From assembly GCA_964410185.1 (NCBI GenBank), contig CAYPFM010000002.1, positions 70,047 to 134,046 on the forward strand: a DNA stretch of 64,000 nucleotides, given 5' to 3'. The notes below the pieces were generated by a model that saw only the letters and a list, made by a program, of their open reading frames with translations, did not search any database and was not told the origin of the DNA. Source of the DNA: an uncultured Candidatus Saccharibacteria bacterium. Lineage in GTDB: Bacteria; Patescibacteriota; Saccharimonadia; Saccharimonadales; JAUPVS01. Positions 59,425 through 64,000 of the stretch are shown piece after piece. Within the stretch, counting starts at the first letter, position 1. Each line of letters begins with the position of its first letter. Position numbers and translations under genes: made by a program.

Positions 59425-61296
59425 ATGCCTCAAAAACAAAAACCAAAAAAATCAGCCCGGCCGGTTGCGGCCAAAACGAAGGCAAAGCCCAAAGCTGTTG
59501 CCAAGAAACCAACCAAACGACCGGCTAAACGACCGGTAAAAGCACCAGTAGCTAGTAAGCGCCGACTCAGCAAGTCACGTCTGCTGCTATTTGCTGTTGC
59601 CTTTGCAGCCATTGGTGTGGCATTTATGCTCTACGCTCAAGCCGCTGCAGATACCCAAAACTATTACCTCGGTTTCGGTAATGGCACCAACGCTTCCCTG
59701 GCCTTTACGTATGGCAACGTTGGAGACAAGCCGGTGGCTTGTAAGTTAGCCGGCAAAAAGGGCGCCAGCACAGTCTCGGTCTATCGCCCGAGTGAGGGTA
59801 AGTTCTACCTGCACGGCAGTAACGATTCGACCCCTGGCGCAACCGTTGTTGCGCTTGGGACGAGTGAGTCGCAGCCGCTGTGTGGTGACTGGGATGGAAA
59901 CGGCACATACACAGTCGGTATTTATACGGCTAGCGGATCAACCCACAAGTTTGAGTTGCAAAACAGTAACAAGAGCCTGCCCGCCGACAAAACCATTGAT
60001 TTTGGACAAGCCGGTGACATTGCTCTGGCCTGCGACTGGAACAGTGATGGTAAAACGGACATTGGTATCTATCGTCCAAACAACCAGACCTTCTACTTCC
60101 AGTGGATGACAACCAGTCCGACCGGAAGTGGCAAGGTTGATCGTTCCTTCCAATTTGGTAACCCTGGTGACCTGCCGGTTTGTGGTGACTGGAACGGCGC
60201 CAACGCTGCTGGCATCGGTGTCTACCGACCCGGTAACCAGACCTTCTACCTATCTGACGATACTAACCCCACCAAGGTGAACTACCAGTTTGCCTACGGT
60301 AACCCTGGTGACAAGCCACTGGCAGGTGACTGGCAAGCCCAAGGCTTTGATTTGGCTGGTGTCTACCGAGTTGGCCCAACCCCAACCAAGCCAACCAATT
60401 CTACCTCTACCAGCCTTGGTTTTCAGGCCAAGAATGTGCTTGATCCATCATCTCCGGCCGCCGCCTTCAGTTGTGTCGTAGCCGGTAAGACAATTAGTAA
60501 TGTTACGACTAAAGAAGCCTGCGACTATTTTGCCAAAGCTTATAGCGCCGGCTACTTCAGCGCTGGTGCACCTGCCCCCGCTCCGGCCGCCGCCAAGGTT
60601 GGTGGCGTCACAATGGGTACCGAAACGCTACAGCTCGGCTCCAGGGGAGACGGCGTCAAAGCGCTCCAAACCAACTTGAATATCCTTGGCTACGCGCTAA
60701 CGGTCGATGGTGATTTTGGGCCAGCTACTAAGAACGCGGTTATGGCCTTCCAGGGTAGTTACAACATACCAGTTGATGGTGTCGTCGGTGCGCTTACCAA
60801 AGCCGCGCTGTTTACTGCATTGAGTGGTGCGCCTGCACCAAGTACGCCGATTCCAAACCCTGTTGCGCCACCGCCGGTTGAGGTAACCCGAAATAGTGGC
60901 ACACCAAGTACCGGATCAGCATGGAACTGCTGGGTATACGGCTCTCTTATACAAGGTATTCATGACCAAGCTGCTTGTAATTACTTCAAGAATGCACTTG
61001 ATGCCGGTTACTTTACTGCTGTAACTCCACCAGCACCCGCACCAACACCTGTTGCAGCTCCGCACAATCCTCAGCAAACCGGTGACCTAAGTAGTCTGCG
61101 AACTTGTTTCTCTTGGTATCTCCACACGAATGGTGTTTGGGAATCCCGAACGGCAAATAGCACAACAGAAAGTGCCTGCTACGATCGACGAAACCTTACC
61201 ATACCTGATGGCTTCGCCAGTATCGTGAACATTCCGGTTAACCACATTGACTGGGGTGGCAAAAGAGACATCTATGTTAACCCAAGCAACCGATAA
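59425..61296 (+). CDS. anchored surface protein: Lys-rich N-terminus + TM, FG-GAP/VCBS-like repeats, peptidoglycan-binding (PG_binding_1-like) domain
   Basis: 623 aa. Repeats GDWDGNGTYTVGIY / CDWNSDGKTDIGIYRP / GDWNGANAAGIGVYRP / GDWQAQGFDLAGVYR. PG-binding LGSRGDGVKALQTNLNILGY...DGDFGPATKNAVMAFQ. Confidence 0.7.
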   Translation: MPQKQKPKKSARPVAAKTKAKPKAVAKKPTKRPAKRPVKAPVASKRRLSKSRLLLFAVAFAAIGVAFMLYAQAAADTQNYYLGFGNGTNASLAFTYGNVGDKPVACKLAGKKGASTVSVYRPSEGKFYLHGSNDSTPGATVVALGTSESQPLCGDWDGNGTYTVGIYTASGSTHKFELQNSNKSLPADKTIDFGQAGDIALACDWNSDGKTDIGIYRPNNQTFYFQWMTTSPTGSGKVDRSFQFGNPGDLPVCGDWNGANAAGIGVYRPGNQTFYLSDDTNPTKVNYQFAYGNPGDKPLAGDWQAQGFDLAGVYRVGPTPTKPTNSTSTSLGFQAKNVLDPSSPAAAFSCVVAGKTISNVTTKEACDYFAKAYSAGYFSAGAPAPAPAAAKVGGVTMGTETLQLGSRGDGVKALQTNLNILGYALTVDGDFGPATKNAVMAFQGSYNIPVDGVVGALTKAALFTALSGAPAPSTPIPNPVAPPPVEVTRNSGTPSTGSAWNCWVYGSLIQGIHDQAACNYFKNALDAGYFTAVTPPAPAPTPVAAPHNPQQTGDLSSLRTCFSWYLHTNGVWESRTANSTTESACYDRRNLTIPDGFASIVNIPVNHIDWGGKRDIYVNPSNR

Positions 61297-61324
61297 TAAA
61301 TAAACTTAAAGGATACTCATAACG

Positions 61325-61762
61325 ATGAAACTCAATAAACCGGTCACAATTGCAATCACAATAGTCAGTGCAGTGCTAATCTTTGCCGCTGGAATCTACG
61401 TCGGCGAAGCCTATGTCCAGCCACGCATAGAGGCGAACAACCGTAAGGCGGCACTTGCAGCCGGAGAGGCCTTTGTTAAGAATGTTACTACAAGAAAGCT
61501 AGCCGATGCCTACGCGTCTACCGCCAAAGGTCTGCAAGCCAAACAGTCGAAAGATGATTTTTCGAAAGCATTGACCGGCCTAAACGGCGACAAGCTAGTT
61601 TACAACAAGCCGCAACTCGTTCACGAGGGTAAAGCATATTTCTTCTCGCAATCAGTTGATAATCTGCCTCCTTCGGCAACGGGCAGCGCCAACGGCATCT
61701 TCTACGTCACACTCGATAAAGAAAGTGGTACCTGGAAGGTTACGACCGCCTCCGTTCAGTAG
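61325..61762 (+). CDS. N-terminally anchored hypothetical protein
   Basis: 145 aa. TM segment VTIAITIVSAVLIFAAGIYV. Confidence 0.5.
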   Translation: MKLNKPVTIAITIVSAVLIFAAGIYVGEAYVQPRIEANNRKAALAAGEAFVKNVTTRKLADAYASTAKGLQAKQSKDDFSKALTGLNGDKLVYNKPQLVHEGKAYFFSQSVDNLPPSATGSANGIFYVTLDKESGTWKVTTASVQ

Positions 61763-61792
61763 TATTGCTTGAGCCTCCGGAAAGCATTGGCC

Positions 61793-61798
61793 TATAAT
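61793..61798 (+). promoter_or_regulatory. -10 box TATAAT; 7 nt before ATG 61806
   Basis: gcCTATAATagggctgATG. Confidence 0.55.
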
Positions 61799-61805
61799 AG
61801 GGCTG

Positions 61806-62483
61806 ATGCTTTCTTCATTTAAGAACCTGCGTGAATTCTTTCGCTCGCCGCTGGTGTGGTTTGGCTTGCTGGCGGCCTTGTTATACAGCTCCTGGCCGCT
61901 AGGCTTCTGGCTCGATCGGCCGGTGGCCTATCACTCATTAGCGAGTGAGCTGGAAGCCCCCCACCGTCCCTACAACTGGCTGTTTATTAGCATGGATGTG
62001 CTGACTGGTCTGGTTTTAGCGGGAATTGGCATCTGGCAAGCACGCAAGCGGCCCGTCCAGGTGCCGGGTATTATCATCTGGAGTTATGTCTTGTTTGGGC
62101 TTTTGGTGGCAGTTGCTGCCCTGACTCCCCTAGTGTGCGATCCCACCACTCAAAGTTGCGGGCCACTTATTCATAACTACCGGCTATTGGTGCATGGTAT
62201 CGCCAGCATTAGTTCAGTCTTTTTCCTACTGGCCGCCCTGATTGGAGTGACGCACCGGGCGCACAAACATCATAAGACCAGTTATGTGGCGATTGGCTTG
62301 AGCGTATTATTGGTTGGTTGGCTGGTTTTTGGGGTTGGCTCATTGTTGCAAATACTGCTGCACACACATAGCGGTAATAGTATGCAAGACTTCTTTATTA
62401 GTCTGTGTAGCCTAACGATTATTGCCGTGGTAGCTAACGTGGAGTGGCATCGGCTGGCGCCGCTTCGGGACGAAGAGGTTTAA
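61806..62483 (+). CDS. polytopic membrane protein (unknown function)
   Basis: 225 aa, 6 TM helices. The 3' end overlaps the convergent umuC 3' end by 50 nt. Confidence 0.5.
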   Translation: MLSSFKNLREFFRSPLVWFGLLAALLYSSWPLGFWLDRPVAYHSLASELEAPHRPYNWLFISMDVLTGLVLAGIGIWQARKRPVQVPGIIIWSYVLFGLLVAVAALTPLVCDPTTQSCGPLIHNYRLLVHGIASISSVFFLLAALIGVTHRAHKHHKTSYVAIGLSVLLVGWLVFGVGSLLQILLHTHSGNSMQDFFISLCSLTIIAVVANVEWHRLAPLRDEEV

Positions 62484-63756
62484 CGGTCGGCAACTCGTCC
62501 CAACGGGTGGTGTAGCGTGGGCTGCGTAGCATCCGTTTGGGCTGCCAGGCCTGCGCCAGGTCTTCGGCGGCATACCGAACCGTGTTCTTGCCAAAACGGT
62601 CATTAAGGGCATCGAGCGCGGCCGAGCGGGCCTGTCGTTGGCTGTGTTTGGCCGGATCAACTTCGCCCAACAAGTCGGTTTGCAGTTGGTGGTCGGGCAC
62701 GAAGTCGGATAGCCAGACGCCGGCGCGGTGATAGTCGGCCTGTTTGTCGTAAATCTTATTGAAGGCACCGACGACGGCGGCGATGAGTTGGCCGGTGTCG
62801 GCCGTGGGCATGTTAAAGAGCACTTCACTGCTCCAAGTGCGGTAATTGGGTTTATGACGACTACTGTTGAGGAAGATGGCCGCCCGTCGAGCTAGCTGGT
62901 GACTGCCGCGCAACCGATAGGCCGCCTGGGTGGCAAAACTGGCCAGGGCGGCCTCGATGACGTGGGCTTGGTTGGTGTCTTCGCCAAAGGTGCGTCCGCG
63001 CGAGATGGTTTGATGGGGCTTGCCGAGGCGCTCCAAAGGAATGCAACTGGTGCCATTGAGCTCCAGAACCATCTGTTCGCCGTGGACTCCCAGCAGTTGC
63101 CTGGCCCGGGCTGGTCGTAGTTGCGACAAGACGGCGGCGTTAATGACGCCTTCGGCCTGCAACTGTGGGGCCAGCTTGCGTCCAACCCCCCAAACAGAGC
63201 GGATCGGCACTTGCGCCAAGGTGGCCAGCCGCTCTTCGGCAGACATGTGATAAATATCACACACTCCCCTGTTAGCCGGTACTAATTTACCGACATCGGT
63301 GGCAATTTTGCTAAGCGTTTTGCTACCAGCAATACCAATTGATACGGGAATGCCAATCTCCTTCCAGACCTGCTCGCGCAAAACCCGCGCCCAAGCTGAA
63401 AAGTCCTTAATTTCAAGTTCGGAGAGGTCGAGGAAGGACTCGTCGACGGAATAGACCTCGATACGTGGTGTCACCCGGGTGAGAATTTCGGTTAAACGTC
63501 GGGAGATATCGCCATATAGTTCGAAGTTGGCCGAGAACGACACCACCCCATTATCTTTAAACAGCTGACGGTATTTAAAGGCGGGTGCTCCCATCGGGAT
63601 GCCGAGGGCTTTGGCCTCGGCCGAACGCGAGACGGCGCAGCCATCATTGCTGGACAAAACCACCACTGGCCGGGTGGCCAGCCCCGGCCGGAACAACCGT
63701 TCGCAGCTGACGAAGAAGTTATTGCAATCGACTAAGGCAAAGATGGGCTGTTTCAT
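62434..63756 (-). CDS. umuC: Y-family translesion DNA polymerase, UmuC-like
   Basis: Start at ATG 63756 (MKQPIFALVDCNNFFVSCERLFRP). SNDGCAVSRS, VWGVGRK, C-terminal SPRYTTRWDELP. Confidence 0.88.
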   Translation of the reverse strand: MKQPIFALVDCNNFFVSCERLFRPGLATRPVVVLSSNDGCAVSRSAEAKALGIPMGAPAFKYRQLFKDNGVVSFSANFELYGDISRRLTEILTRVTPRIEVYSVDESFLDLSELEIKDFSAWARVLREQVWKEIGIPVSIGIAGSKTLSKIATDVGKLVPANRGVCDIYHMSAEERLATLAQVPIRSVWGVGRKLAPQLQAEGVINAAVLSQLRPARARQLLGVHGEQMVLELNGTSCIPLERLGKPHQTISRGRTFGEDTNQAHVIEAALASFATQAAYRLRGSHQLARRAAIFLNSSRHKPNYRTWSSEVLFNMPTADTGQLIAAVVGAFNKIYDKQADYHRAGVWLSDFVPDHQLQTDLLGEVDPAKHSQRQARSAALDALNDRFGKNTVRYAAEDLAQAWQPKRMLRSPRYTTRWDELPTVKPLRPEAAPADATPR

Positions 63757-64000
63757 GGGCGGTACTGGTGTATTACGGCCGTCACGGTGCCCCACAGCGT
63801 GCTTTCGGCGGGTAGCTTGGTAAACGGCGTGATAATGAACTCATCGTCCTTGGTGGCCACCACCATGTCGCTTTTACGTGGGGTAAGTGACCGGTCAATT
63901 ACTACAACGTCGTTGGCAAAGATTGACCGCTCCTCCCAATCATTCCCTTCTATGCGCATGAAGAATGTGCTGGTGGGCTGTTTGATGAGCAGTCGATGTA
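63753..64000 (-). CDS. UmuD/LexA-S24-like protein, 5' end outside the window; Ser-Lys dyad positions substituted
   Basis: The open frame runs to the window edge (..HRLLIKQPTSTFFMRIEGNDWEERSIFANDVVVIDRSL...EFIITPF...). It aligns with UmuD [19 protein letters not shown]...GEFTVKKL. ATGA overlap with umuC. Confidence 0.7.
   Translation of the reverse strand, partial: HRLLIKQPTSTFFMRIEGNDWEERSIFANDVVVIDRSLTPRKSDMVVATKDDEFIITPFTKLPAESTLWGTVTAVIHQYRP

Noticed and set aside
1-64000. Scanned for CRISPR arrays, rRNA genes, IS elements, prophage genes and toxin-antitoxin pairs.
   Set aside because: I saw no regularly spaced direct repeats and no rRNA signatures. I saw no transposase, integrase or recombinase motifs, and no recognisable TA, restriction-modification or other known defence gene signatures in any ORF.

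Overview
64-kb chromosomal window from a compact bacterial genome of about 50% GC. The gene content and style suggest Patescibacteria/CPR, plausibly Saccharibacteria, but this is inference only. The supporting signs are tiny or overlapping intergenic gaps, many N-terminally anchored or Pro/Ala/Thr-rich hypothetical proteins, a sigma-region-4 + HARE-HTH protein and a minimal dcw cluster. I call about 70 CDS and one tRNA-Glu(CUC). I saw no rRNA, CRISPR array, transposase or integrase. Housekeeping genes I recognise: serS, hpf, secA, prfB (single ORF, no frameshift), ftsE/ftsX followed by a coiled-coil CHAP hydrolase and an S41 protease, pyrG, rpmA, xseA/xseB, recO, glyQS, rnhA, a short dcw cluster (mraZ-rsmH-ftsL-ftsI-mraY-ftsW-murG-ftsQ), topA, dprA, pth, der, a PAS histidine kinase with its receiver, and umuD-like/umuC. 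Coding strand is + for 45 of 49 CDS up to 42777. It is - for all 16 CDS from 43415 to 59326. The switch falls in a 637-bp non-coding island that carries two perfect DnaA boxes and a dif-like palindrome. Other points worth a second look: (1) a promoter-to-terminator unit with no long ORF at 50530-50941, a candidate structured RNA with an embedded 25-aa sORF; (2) a duplicated two-gene module flanking the sigma-r4/HARE-HTH gene; (3) a histidine-kinase-like/receiver-like pair in which both phospho-acceptor residues are Glu, translationally coupled to recO; (4) four phased GTGGGTA boxes upstream of mraZ; (5) a widespread TGnTATAAT-N6-9-ATG (leaderless) promoter architecture; (6) three hypothetical genes sharing one near-identical promoter; (7) a family of GC-rich palindromic intergenic repeats. 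All functional calls rest on motif recognition by eye. No database search was run.
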